From NCBI GenBank assembly GCA_964016885.1, contig OZ024740.1:105710001-105774000 (forward strand): 64,000 nt of DNA, read 5' to 3'. Positions 50,964 through 62,484 of the stretch are shown here, piece after piece. The first letter of the stretch is position 1. The number at the start of each line of letters is the position of its first letter. Source of the stretch: Eledone cirrhosa (lineage: Eukaryota). A model generated the notes under the pieces. The model saw only the letters and a list, made by a program, of their open reading frames with translations, searched no databases and had not been told where the DNA came from. A program made the translations under genes and the position numbers.

Positions 50964-52487
50964 TGGAATAAATGCTCTGAAATAGCGATATATATATGAA
51001 TATAGACATAGAATATTCGAAAATATTCTGTATGTTTATAATAAACATTTTGAAGACCTAATCGCTATAGAATAGAATACGTCACGTATTACAATTAGAT
51101 TCTCGATAAAAGCAAGGGAAGTAATCTACGCGTTTCATTCTTGTTAGAATTCATCAGGACCACATATCCAGTGCTTTTATCGAGAATGACACAGCTAGAG
51201 ACTTATAGAATACTTAGCTGTGTACAGGAACTGGTTTGAAAGAGCGGTTGCCGGTCCGGCAGAAATTAGAAATTGGAATAAATGCTCTGAAATAGCGATA
51301 TATATATGAATATAGACATAGAATATTCGAAAATATTCTGTATGTTTATAATAAACATTTTGAAGACCTAATCGCTATAGAATAGAATACGTCACGTATT
51401 ACAATTAGATTCTCGATAAAAGCAAGGGAAGTAATCTACGCGTTTCATTCTTGTTAGAATTCATCAGGACCACATATCCAGTGCTTTTATCGAGAATGAC
51501 ACAGCTAGAGACTTATAGAATACTTAGCTGTGTACAGGAACTGGTTTGAAAGAGCGGTTGCCGGTCCGGCAGAAATTAGAAATTGGAATAAATGCTCTGA
51601 AATAGCGATATATATATGAATATAGACATAGAATATTCGAAAATATTCTGTATGTTTATAATAAACATTTTGAAGACCTAATCGCTATAGAATAGAATAC
51701 GTCACGTATTACAATTAGATTCTCGATAAAAGCAAGGGAAGTAATCTACGCGTTTCATTCTTGTTAGAATTCATCAGGACCACATATCCAGTGCTTTTAT
51801 CGAGAATGACACAGCTAGAGACTTATAGAATACTTAGCTGTGTACAGGAACTGGTTTGAAAGAGCGGTTGCCGGTCCGGCAGAAATTAGAAATTGGAATA
51901 AATGCTCTGAAATAGCGATATATATATGAATATAGACATAGAATATTCGAAAATATTCTGTATGTTTATAATAAACATTTTGAAGACCTAATCGCTATAG
52001 AATAGAATACGTCACGTATTACAATTAGATTCTCGATAAAAGCAAGGGAAGTAATCTACGCGTTTCATTCTTGTTAGAATTCATCAGGACCACATATCCA
52101 GTGCTTTTATCGAGAATGACACAGCTAGAGACTTATAGAATACTTAGCTGTGTACAGGAACTGGTTTGAAAGAGCGGTTGCCGGTCCGGCAGAAATTAGA
52201 AATTGGAATAAATGCTCTGAAATAGCGATATATATATGAATATAGACATAGAATATTCGAAAATATTCTGTATGTTTATAATAAACATTTTGAAGACCTA
52301 ATCGCTATAGAATAGAATACGTCACGTATTACAATTAGATTCTCGATAAAAGCAAGGGAAGTAATCTACGCGTTTCATTCTTGTTAGAATTCATCAGGAC
52401 CAGTGACGTATTCTATTCTATAGCGATTAGGTCTTCAAAATGTTTATTATAAACATACAGAATATTTTCGAATATTCTATGTCTATA

Positions 52488-52500
<13 letters not shown>
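50957..52500 (-). repeat. 310-bp tandem array (4 full units plus a 0.65 unit) with terminal inverted partial unit; retrozyme-like
   Basis: aattggaata recurs at 50961, 51271, 51581, 51891 and 52201, and the units appear identical. 52403-52500 is the reverse complement of about 50990-51085. Confidence 0.97.
51121..51163 (-). ncRNA. Minimal type I hammerhead ribozyme, repeated at 51431, 51741, 52051 and 52361
   Basis: Minus strand: gtggtc CTGATGA attct-aaca-agaat GAA acgcgt A gattac. Perfect core and palindromic stem III. Confidence 0.9.
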
Positions 52501-52570
<70 letters not shown>

Positions 52571-52573
52571 TAA

Positions 52574-52627
<54 letters not shown>

Positions 52628-52789
52628 GACATATATATATAGACATATATACACATACATATATATATATATACATGGGGAGGGTCATATTTGTGTAATA
52701 ATATTGCCAAAATTAATAACTGTGTATGTATGTATGTGTGTATTTATGTGTATGTCTGTATATGTATGTATGTATGTTTATATATGTAT

Positions 52790-53485
52790 GTCAGGTCACC
52801 AGTTGATGCTACTGGTAACATGTATCCCAGTACAACCTGTCTCATGGTCGAGTCGTTGGCGACTAAACTGGCAACCCCCACCAAGGTTTCTTGGTGAGGA
52901 GAATGACTTTGGACATCCTGCAGGACCAAAACCTGTCAAAGGGCAAAGGAGCTCTTAAGAGTCAATAGCCATCCAAAATCACCGGTAGAGATGATCCCTT
53001 AGCCTTTATCAAGGCATAATTCTAGGAGTAAGAAAACTCTGATATAACACCTGCAACCCTGATGGTATCCAATGATGTTGACTTGTTCTTTTTGGTAAAT
53101 ATCATCTTGGTTAAGAGAGTGAGACTGGCTTTGTGCTGTGCCTTTGCTCACTATAAAAGCTTCACGGCACAGGCATTGCTTTATATCTGGAGATCTCTCT
53201 GCACTTGTCATCACATGGTACCATGGGCCCAGCACTATGTGTCAATAATTATCACAAGTGTAGTGTTTGTACCAGAGTTTTCAAGTCGCTGGCTGGACTA
53301 AAAAGTCAACTCGTTCAGCGCATCTGTAGGGGTTCTCCTACATAGATATAAAGTAGTGGCCGTACTCGAAAACGAGTTGGCAGCCACCATTTATGTATGT
53401 ATGTATGTATGTATTTATGTATGTATGTATGTATGTATGTATGTATGTATGTATGTATGTATGTATGTATGTATGTATGTATGTA
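52790..53485 (+). mobile_element. Internally deleted non-autonomous RTE derivative (5' UTR joined to 3' end), (TATG)n tail
   Basis: 53010-53180 resembles the RTE 5' UTR at 53830-54020. Encodes HKCSVCTRVFKSLAGLKS. The 3' end ggccgtactcgaaaacgagttggcagccaccat matches 57941-57974. Confidence 0.75.
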
Positions 53486-53746
53486 TTGCTGTAAAGCAAT
53501 TATAATAATACTGGACTGTAATACGAACGGCTTCAACTTTACAAACTCTTGAAAGTCAAGAGTTGACATAATCTTGTAATCTTGTATCAGTAATGACGGT
53601 AATATATATATATATATGTGTGTGTGTGTAAGTGAGTAGCGTCTGTGTGTTTGTTTGTATGTATGAGTGTTGCTGTGTGCGCGCGTATTTATGCGTGTGT
53701 GCGCGCATATGTCGTACGTATAAGTGTCAATAAGTGAGTTTTTTTT

Positions 53747-54052
53747 TGCGTGGGGACATAGAAATAATCGGGCTGGATGCCCGATCGCGCAGTTAAACCA
53801 CTGGGAGTGAAGAACCCCTAGTCCTTGTCAGGGCATTCTTCTAGGAGAAGGCATCTCAGGAAACTGGGTTAACTCTGACACAAAACCTGCGGCTCAGTAG
53901 TTACCGATGATGTTGATCTTTTCTTCTTTTCGGGTTATAGCTACTGTTGCTCAGAGAGTGGGATTGGCTCAGTGCACAGTCTTTCCTCACTTTAAAAATA
54001 TTCGTCACGCACAGGCATTGCACGAGTGCATTAATAATTATTAATAGTGTAC

Positions 54053-54122
<70 letters not shown>

Positions 54123-57100
54123 GTTACTATTATTATTACTTTTTTTTTTTTTTTTTCCAATTCAATGATGTTCCAGAACAATATAAAAGAGATAATTGGC
54201 AATTTAGGTTCTGGACAAAAAAGATAATTGGCAATAAGGGCAGGGGCCCCAGGTTATCACAGCCTGGGCCCGCTCGTCATCGTGCCATTGTAATAGAGCC
54301 AAACAAGGCATTTAGTCTTGGCTGCTGGAACGTACGGGCGCTGCTTGACAGGGATCCTTGGAGCGTCCTGAACGAAGGACCGCTCTTGTTGCAAAGGAGC
54401 TTCGACGTTACGATCTTGACATCGTGGCTTTATCTGAGACGAGGTTAGCTGGAGATGGTCATCTTACAGAATTTTGTGGAGAATATACATTCTTCTGGAA
54501 AGGAAGAGATGAAGGAACCAGAAGAGCGGCTGGGGTAGGGTTTGCTGTTAATACTTTACTTGTGAATAAATTAGAAGAATTCCCAGTAGGGATTAGTGAG
54601 CGTCTTATGTCCATGAGAAATCCGTTGGACAAAGGAAGATATGCGACCCTGGTGAGTGTGTATGCTCCATCTATGAATTCTGTCGATGAAGAAAAAGTGT
54701 CCTTATACCATGCCTTGAAAGGTGTTTTAAGAAATATCCCTCAGGCAGACGAAGTCATCGTGCTTGGTGACTTTAATGCTAGAGTGGGTAGGGATTTTAA
54801 CACATGGAATGTAATCGGAAGGCATGGGGTGGGAAAGTGTAACAACAATGGTATGCTCCTACTGCAGATGTGTGAGGAGCTGGATCTGTGTGTTACCAAC
54901 ACCATGTTCCAACAAAAGAACAAATTCAAGACCACATGGATGCATCCTGCATCTAAGGAATGGCATCTTTTGGACTACGTCCTAGTCAGGATGCGTGACA
55001 GACAGGATGTGCAGTGTGTTCGTGCTCTTCGTGGAGCTGAGTGCTGGACGGACCACCGCCTGGTACGCGCAAAAGTGAAACTAATCACTAAACGTAAAAT
55101 CCGGGCTCCTGGTGTTGCCCTGCCCAAAAGATTGAATGCTGCTCGTCTTAAGGATAAAAATGTGAAGAGGACATTGAAAGAAGAGATGCAGGCTGCAGAT
55201 CTTGGTGAGGATTGGCCGACCCTTAAAAAGTCGGTTTATGATGTAGGCAGGCCTGTTCTGTGATTGGTGCAGAGAAAACATCAGGACTGGTTTAATGAGA
55301 ATGATGTACATATAGAAGACTTGTTGGCTGATAAGAGGCGTGCTCTGTCACGCTACTTGACGGCAAAACCACAGGAGAGGAATACGTTGCATGAGGAACT
55401 CAAGGATGTAAAATCACGTGTTAGGCGGAGTCTTTCTCAGATGAAGGATCAGTGGTGGAGTGAGAAGGCTGGTGAGATACAAACTGCGTCAGATTCCAAT
55501 AACACAAAGCTATTGTACAGTCTCTTGCGTGAGGTTTATGGACCGTCTTCTTCTCTGGTGACACCGCTTCGCAGCAAGGATGGCAAAGAACTTCTTCGTG
55601 ACTCACAAGGAATTCTACGAAGGTGGCGAGAGCAATTTGATGATCTTTTGAATCAGCCGTCTGTCGTCAGTGAAGATTTCCTCAATCTCATTCCAGAAAG
55701 TCCTGTGAAAGTAGCTCTCGCAGAACCTCCGACGCTTGTGGAGGTTGCAGTGGCTATTTCGAAGCTGAACAGTGGAAGATCTCCAGGTATGGATGACATA
55801 CATACTGAGCTCCTACAATATGGTGGAGAGAGACTCCTGCAACATCTTCACTCTTTGTTTGGCAGGATATGGGCTAATGAATCCGTACCTGAGGACTGGA
55901 GAGATGCAGTAATGGTGGTCTTGTACAAGGGAAAGGGTAACAGGAATGATTGTGGGAACTACAGAGGTATATCATTGCTTTCTGTCGTAGAGAAAGTTTT
56001 ATGTAGGGTGCTTCTGGACCGTCTGCTGACACACATTGCAGATTGTGTTCTTCCTGAAAGTCAATCTGGTTTTCGTGCTGGACGCGGCACTACTGATATG
56101 ATCTTCTCAGCTCCAGGAGAAGTGCATGGAACAAGGTTTGGATGTGTATCAGGTTTTTGTCGATCTGACAAAAGCTTTCGATACTGTTAACAGAGATGCA
56201 TTATGGAAGGTTCTCCAGAAACTTGGTTGCCCTGATAAGTTCCTTGCTTTAGTTAGGTCTTTCCATGACGACATGAAGGCTTGGGTTAATGTCGGAGGTA
56301 ACATGTCGGAGCCTATCTCAGTAAAAAATGGAGTGAAACAGAGGGATATTCCAGCACCGACCCTGTTTGCCATATACTTTGCAATGGTTTTCTGTATTGC
56401 ATTCAGGAATTTCGAGCATGGTGTTTACATCCGATATCGAACCTCGGGCAGCATATTTAACATCAGGCGCTTTGCTGCAAAGACAAAAGTATTTACATTA
56501 ATCATAAGAGACCTCTTGTATGCAGATGATTGCCATCTTATAGCGCACATAGAGTGACATGGAGCACATTTTGAATGCATTTTCTGACGCTTGCACTGCC
56601 CTAGGATTGACTGTCAGTCTCAAGAAAACCGTCGTCATGTACCAACCTTCCCCTGGTAAGCAGTACACTGAACCAAATATCTATGTGTATGGTAAACGAC
56701 TTGGAGTGGTTGATCAGTTTGTCTACCTGGGAAGCACTGTCAATCGATACAGCAACATTGACAGTGAAATCTCACTTAGGATTAGGAAAGCAAGTGATGC
56801 TTTCGGAAAGCTAGAAAGGCGACTCTGGGGTCGGCGAGACTTATGCAGGAGGACAAAGGTAAAGGTGTACAGGGCATGTGTGCTCTCTTGTCTTCTGTAT
56901 GCCTGCGAGACCTGGGTCACATATCGACACCACCTCAAGCAATTGGAGCGTTTCCATCAGATGTGTCTCAGACGGATCCATAGCGTTCACAGGGGGGACC
57001 ACATCAGTGATGTCGAGATTTTGGAAAGCTCTATGTGTGACAGTATAGAAGCTCTTGTGCTTAAGCAACGACTCCGTTGGAGTGGTCACCTTGCCAGGAT

Positions 57101-57888
57101 GAAGGATTCTAGAATACCAAAACAACTCTTTTATGGAGAGTTGGTTAAAGGAAAACGACCGCCACATAAACCAAAAAAGAGGTATAAGGATTCCTTGAAA
57201 GCCTCTCTGAAAGACGCTAACATCTCTTCTGATACATGGGAAAATATTGCTGCTGATCGTAATAAATGGAGAAAGACTGTATATGAGGGAAAAGTTGCCT
57301 TTGAGGCATCTCGAATCGCATACGAGAAAGTAAAGCGGGATGTGAGGAAGGGCATTGCTGTTGCACTTCCAGACGGCGAGGGTCCTCCTATGGTGCTGAC
57401 ATGCAGCGTCTGTGCGAGACTCTGCCTAAGTAAAGCTGGACTCGAAAGTCATCTTCGCAGTCATAAAGTAAGACAAGTGGTTGAATACCAGGCTGCTGTT
57501 GGAGATGCTACTCATCATGCTTGCCAAACATGTGGTAGAGAATGTAAATCAGCAGGAGGGCTCAAGCGACATGCAAAAGTACACGAACTCCAACCACAGC
57601 CAGCTATTCCCAGTGAATGTTTTGGTTGCCGACTGTGAAAGACATTTTAGATCACTGGCTGGGCTAAAAATCCACATTCGATCGCAGCGCTGTTAGTTGC
57701 TATCGTGTGTGTGTGTGTGTGTGTATAGATATGTTTATGTGTGTGCGTCTATGTGTATATATATATGTATATGTATATTATTATTGTTGTTGTCGTTATT
57801 ATTATTGTTGTTATTATTATTATTATAATTGTTATTAATGTATATGGATGTGTGTATATATATGTGTGCGTATATATGTATATGTATT

Positions 57889-57927
<39 letters not shown>

Positions 57928-58000
57928 CTCCTCGTGCAATGGCCGTACTCGATAACGAGTGGGCAGACATCATGTATGTATGTATGTATGTATGTATGCA
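53747..58000 (+). mobile_element. Near full-length RTE-clade LINE (APE-RT with C-terminal C2H2 fingers), pseudogenised
   Basis: WNVRAL, ALSETR, YAP, GDFNARVG, LDY, TDH, NYRGISLL, ESQSGFRAGRGT, FVDLTKAFD, YADD, YLGS and LRWSGH. Stops and frameshifts. (TTA)n in the 5' UTR, microsatellite in the 3' UTR, (ATGT)n tail. Confidence 0.93.
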
Positions 58001-58029
58001 TGTATGTATGTATATGTATATGTGTATGT

Positions 58030-58077
<48 letters not shown>

Positions 58078-58138
58078 ATGTGTATGTATATATATGTGTA
58101 TATATACATTTATGTGTATATATGTCTATATACATGTA

Positions 58139-58186
<48 letters not shown>

Positions 58187-58254
58187 CATATATATAGACA
58201 TATATACACATACATATATATATATATACACATACATATATATATATACACATA

Positions 58255-58460
58255 CCGACATCCAGAGTTGACATTGCACTCAGTGCTCCTGTGGGAGCCC
58301 CTACATGGACACACTAGAAGAGGAAGACCAAGGTTAACGTATGTTGATGCCTTAAGGACAGACACTGGTCTGTTGGAGACGCAGGACATGGTAGCGATAA
58401 TGAGGGACAGAGACCGCTGGAGAGAACTCGTCCATGGATCTCGGGAATTTTACCCGCCTT

Positions 58461-58462
<2 letters not shown>
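58255..58462 (+). mobile_element. 3' fragment of the (TA)n-associated RTE-like family
   Basis: LLWEPLHGHTRRGRPRLTYVD...DRDRWRE matches 9857-10065 and 63850-64000. TA-rich repeats on both sides. Confidence 0.9.
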
Positions 58463-58500
<38 letters not shown>

Positions 58501-58724
58501 GAATAATCGAGTATCGAAAAATCGGCGCACGAGTTCACGATAAACAAAATTCGATATGAGTGGCAGAGGGCTCAATAATTCAGAAAATCAGAGCTATAAC
58601 TATCGTTAAAATACCAACACACATAGATTATGTCTAAAATCAACCATACGACCGAAAAAATTACGATCTGGAAGATTCGGGTCACTCAGATAAAATATCA
58701 ATAAATCAATAAATCATATGAATG

Positions 58725-58767
<43 letters not shown>

Positions 58768-60403
58768 AGATCAAAAGATGGTTAAAGGAGTTCAATATAT
58801 TTTATTATGCGCATTTCAAAAACAAACATCATCAAACAATAATATTTGTGTTTTCATCAGATAAAACAGGAGAACATGATATGAAGGCTAAAAAAACACT
58901 TGTTGATAGTGCAGTTTTAAATCAACATATGAAAAGTGGTTTTAGATTGATGTGTGATATTGGGAAAAATATTTTATTTAGAGAGGGGGGGAGAGAAAAG
59001 GATGAAAAGGGAAGGAGATGAGAGGGAGAGATGGGTGATAGAGAGAAAGAGATAGTTTTTATAACTGAGAGGAGATATATTTTATATAGAGGGGTTGAAA
59101 ACCGTTGGAAGATACTGTATAAATTAAAAATTTTGAAAATTAACGAAGGGAGGATATGTGCGAGGAAAAAATATATTATATTTAGGGAGGGGTGGGGGTG
59201 GAAAGGATGAAAAAAAGGGGAGGAGATGAGAGTGAAGGTGGAAAGGGAGAGATGGGTGATAGAGAGAAAGAGATAGTTTTTATAACTGAGAAAAAGATAT
59301 AATGTTTTAATATAGAGAGGTTGGGAACCGTTGGAAGATAATGTATAAATTAAAGGAATTTGAAAATTAACGAAGGGAAATTATGTATGGAGATAGAGAG
59401 AAAAAAAATAACGAAGGGAAATTATGTATGGAGATAGAGAGAAAAAAATAATAATTGTGGGTGAATATTCTAACGTCAAAAGAAGAAATGTAGGAATTTT
59501 AAAATTAGCAAATAGAAAAAGTTTATGTGTAGAAGGATTTGAGAAAAATAATGTGAAGTTAAAGTTTTTATATTGAATTCATATGTATTAATAATGAGTT
59601 CGTTGATGGGGAGAAAAAAATAATAATAAATTAAGGATGAAATTGAGATTAAAAAGATTTATGATAGAGAGAAAAAATAATAATGATTGCGGATGAATAC
59701 TCAAAATGTCAAAAACAAATGTTATTGTTTTACGAGGAGATATAATGAGGGTGATGAGTAAACGGGTATTATAGAGTGTATAATGCCCTTTAAAGTAAGG
59801 TAGATGGGTATATTTTAAAGAATATATGAGTATATATTAAAAAAAAAAATATATAATAATAAATTAAGGATGAAATTGAGATTAAAAAGATTTATGATAG
59901 AGGGAAAAAAATAATAATGATTGCGGATGAATATTCAAAATGTCAAAAACAAATGTTATTGTTTTACGAGAAGATAGGATGAGGGTAATAAGTAAACGAG
60001 TATTATAGAGTGTATAATGCCCTTTAAAGTAAGGTAGATGGGTATATTTTAAAGAGGTGTATGTATATGTGCCTTTGAGAAAAGATTCTAAATTGATAAA
60101 GAATTGAATATTAACTGTATACTTTGTGAAAAGTTCTATGGAATTTATGCAGGCAGATGGAAAACAAATCCGAGCGTCTATTTATTATGGATTCTAGGTT
60201 AGAGATAATGGTAAATTTTTCATTTAGGCAGAGATTACAGATTTTAGATAGAGAGCTGTTCAAGTACGAGGATGCAGAAGAAATCTTTTTCCAAAAGATG
60301 TTATATTTAATGTTTTTGTCTTTTAAGGACCATATGAGTTCTGAGAGAGCAGTGTTAGTTCTTTTAAGTTTGTATTTGAAAGATGAATGATGATTATAGA
60401 GAC

Positions 60404-62143
60404 CATTGCCTCGATAAAAACTTAATTTATGAATGTAAAATTATAACTAGCACCAATTCCTTCACCTATTTTGGCTCCACTTCCACCTCTTTTAAAGCTC
60501 GTCTCTATAATCATCATTCATCTTTCAAATACAAACTTAAAAGAACTAACACTGCTCTCTCAGAACTCATATGGTCCTTAAAAGACAAAAACATTAAATA
60601 TAACATCTTTTGGAAAAAGATTTCTTCTGCATCCTCGTACTTGAACAGCTCTCTATCTAAAATCTGTAATCTCTGCCTAAATGAAAAATTTACCATTATC
60701 TCTAACCTAGAATCCATAATAAATAGACGCTCGGATTTGTTTTCCATCTGCCTGCATAAATTCCATAGAACTTTTCACAAAGTATACAGTTAATATTCAA
60801 TTCTTTATCAATTTAGAATCTTTTCTCAAAGGCACATATACATACACCTCTTTAAAATATACCCATCTACCTTACTTTAAAGGGCATTATACACTCTATA
60901 ATACTCGTTTACTTATTACCCTCATCCTATCTTCTCGTAAAACAATAACATTTGTTTTTGACATTTTGAATATTCATCCGCAATCATTATTATTTTTTTC
61001 CCTCTATCATAAATCTTTTTAATCTCAATTTCATCCTTAATTTATTATTATATATTTTTTTTTTAATATATACTCATATATTCTTTAAAATATACCCATC
61101 TACCTTACTTTAAAGGGCATTATACACTCTATAATACCCGTTTACTCATCACCCTCATTATATCTCCTCGTAAAACAATAACATTTGTTTTTGACATTTT
61201 GAGTATTCATCCGCAATCATTATTATTTTTTCTCTCTATCATAAATCTTTTTAATCTCAATTTCATCCTTAATTTATTATTATTTTTTTCTCCCCATCAA
61301 CGAACTCATTATTAATACATATGAATTCAATATAAAAACTTTAACTTCACATTATTTTTCTCAAATCCTTCTACACATAAACTTTTTCTATTTGCTAATT
61401 TTAAAATTCCTACATTTCTTCTTTTGACGTTAGAATATTCACCCACAATTATTATTTTTTTCTCTCTATCTCCATACATAATTTCCCTTCGTTATTTTTT
61501 TTCTCTCTATCTCCATACATAATTTCCCTTCGTTAATTTTCAAATTCCTTTAATTTATACATTATCTTCCAACGGTTCCCAACCTCTCTATATTAAAACA
61601 TTATATCTTTTTCTCAGTTATAAAAACTATCTCTTTCTCTCTATCACCCATCTCTCCCTTTCCACCTTCACTCTCATCTCCTCCCCTTTTTTTCATCCTT
61701 TCCACCCCCACCCCTCCCTAAATATAATATATTTTTTCCTCGCACATATCCTCCCTTCGTTAATTTTCAAAATTTTTAATTTATACAGTATCTTCCAACG
61801 GTTTTCAACCCCTCTATATAAAATATATCTCCTCTCAGTTATAAAAACTATCTCTTTCTCTCTATCACCCATCTCTCCCTCTCATCTCCTTCCCTTTTCA
61901 TCCTTTTCTCTCCCCCCCTCTCTAAATAAAATATTTTTCCCAATATCACACATCAATCTAAAACCACTTTTCATATGTTGATTTAAAACTGCACTATCAA
62001 CAAGTGTTTTTTTAGCCTTCATATCATGTTCTCCTGTTTTATCTGATGAAAACACAAATATTATTGTTTGATGATGTTTGTTTTTGAAATGCGCATAATA
62101 AAATATATTGAACTCCTTTAACCATCTTTTGATCTTATATTAT
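60404..62143 (+). mobile_element. 5'-truncated Penelope-like element (Naiad-like GIY-YIG plus long 3' region/pLTR)
   Basis: HCLDKNLIYECK...YFGSTSTSFKARLYNHHSSF...TALSELIW.LK...CNLCLNEK...INRRSDLFSICLH, with an HHR near the 3' end. The clade assignment is from memory. Confidence 0.85.
62037..62103 (+). ncRNA. Type I hammerhead ribozyme; mirror copy at 58800-58866 (-)
   Basis: ttttat CTGATGA aaacacaaata...tgtttgttttt GAA atgcgcat A ataaaa. Confidence 0.75.
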
Positions 62144-62229
62144 GCATACTCCAGTCCCACAAACTGTAGAGTGCTTCTTATCCGATATCTGCATTGCTTT
62201 ATTGTACTACAATAAAACTCACCTCCTAC

Positions 62230-62269
<40 letters not shown>

Positions 62270-62484
62270 GATATCCACGGTATGTTGTGAGGTCTAGTCT
62301 GCATGAAGAATTCAATGTAATCCGTATGTTGAAAATGTTGTAGGTTAAAATAGATCCCGGAAAACGATAAAACATATGTCAAAAGCAATAAAAATGCTTT
62401 TGACAACAGCTGCTGATATGCATGTAAATAAATATTCTCCTTATTTGATATTTTGTAACTAACCTTACATAGATCGATTTTAGG

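Larger units (their letters stand above)
58760..62143. repeat. 1.64-kb near-perfect inverted repeat with 97-bp spacer
   Basis: 58760-60403 is the reverse complement of 60501-62143. One visible difference, a homopolymer length (A11 vs T10). Confidence 0.97.

Noticed and set aside
57735-58279. Long YI/CV/HT-repeat ORFs here and at 11.8k, 12.6k, 13.3k, 21.7k, 45.9k, 49.5k and 52.4k
   Set aside because: These are translations of (TA)n, (CA)n and (TATG)n microsatellites.
60157-60390. Duplicated 77-aa ORF (also 60514-60747 on the minus strand) as a gene pair
   Set aside because: It is the antisense shadow of the GIY-YIG coding region, duplicated by the palindrome.
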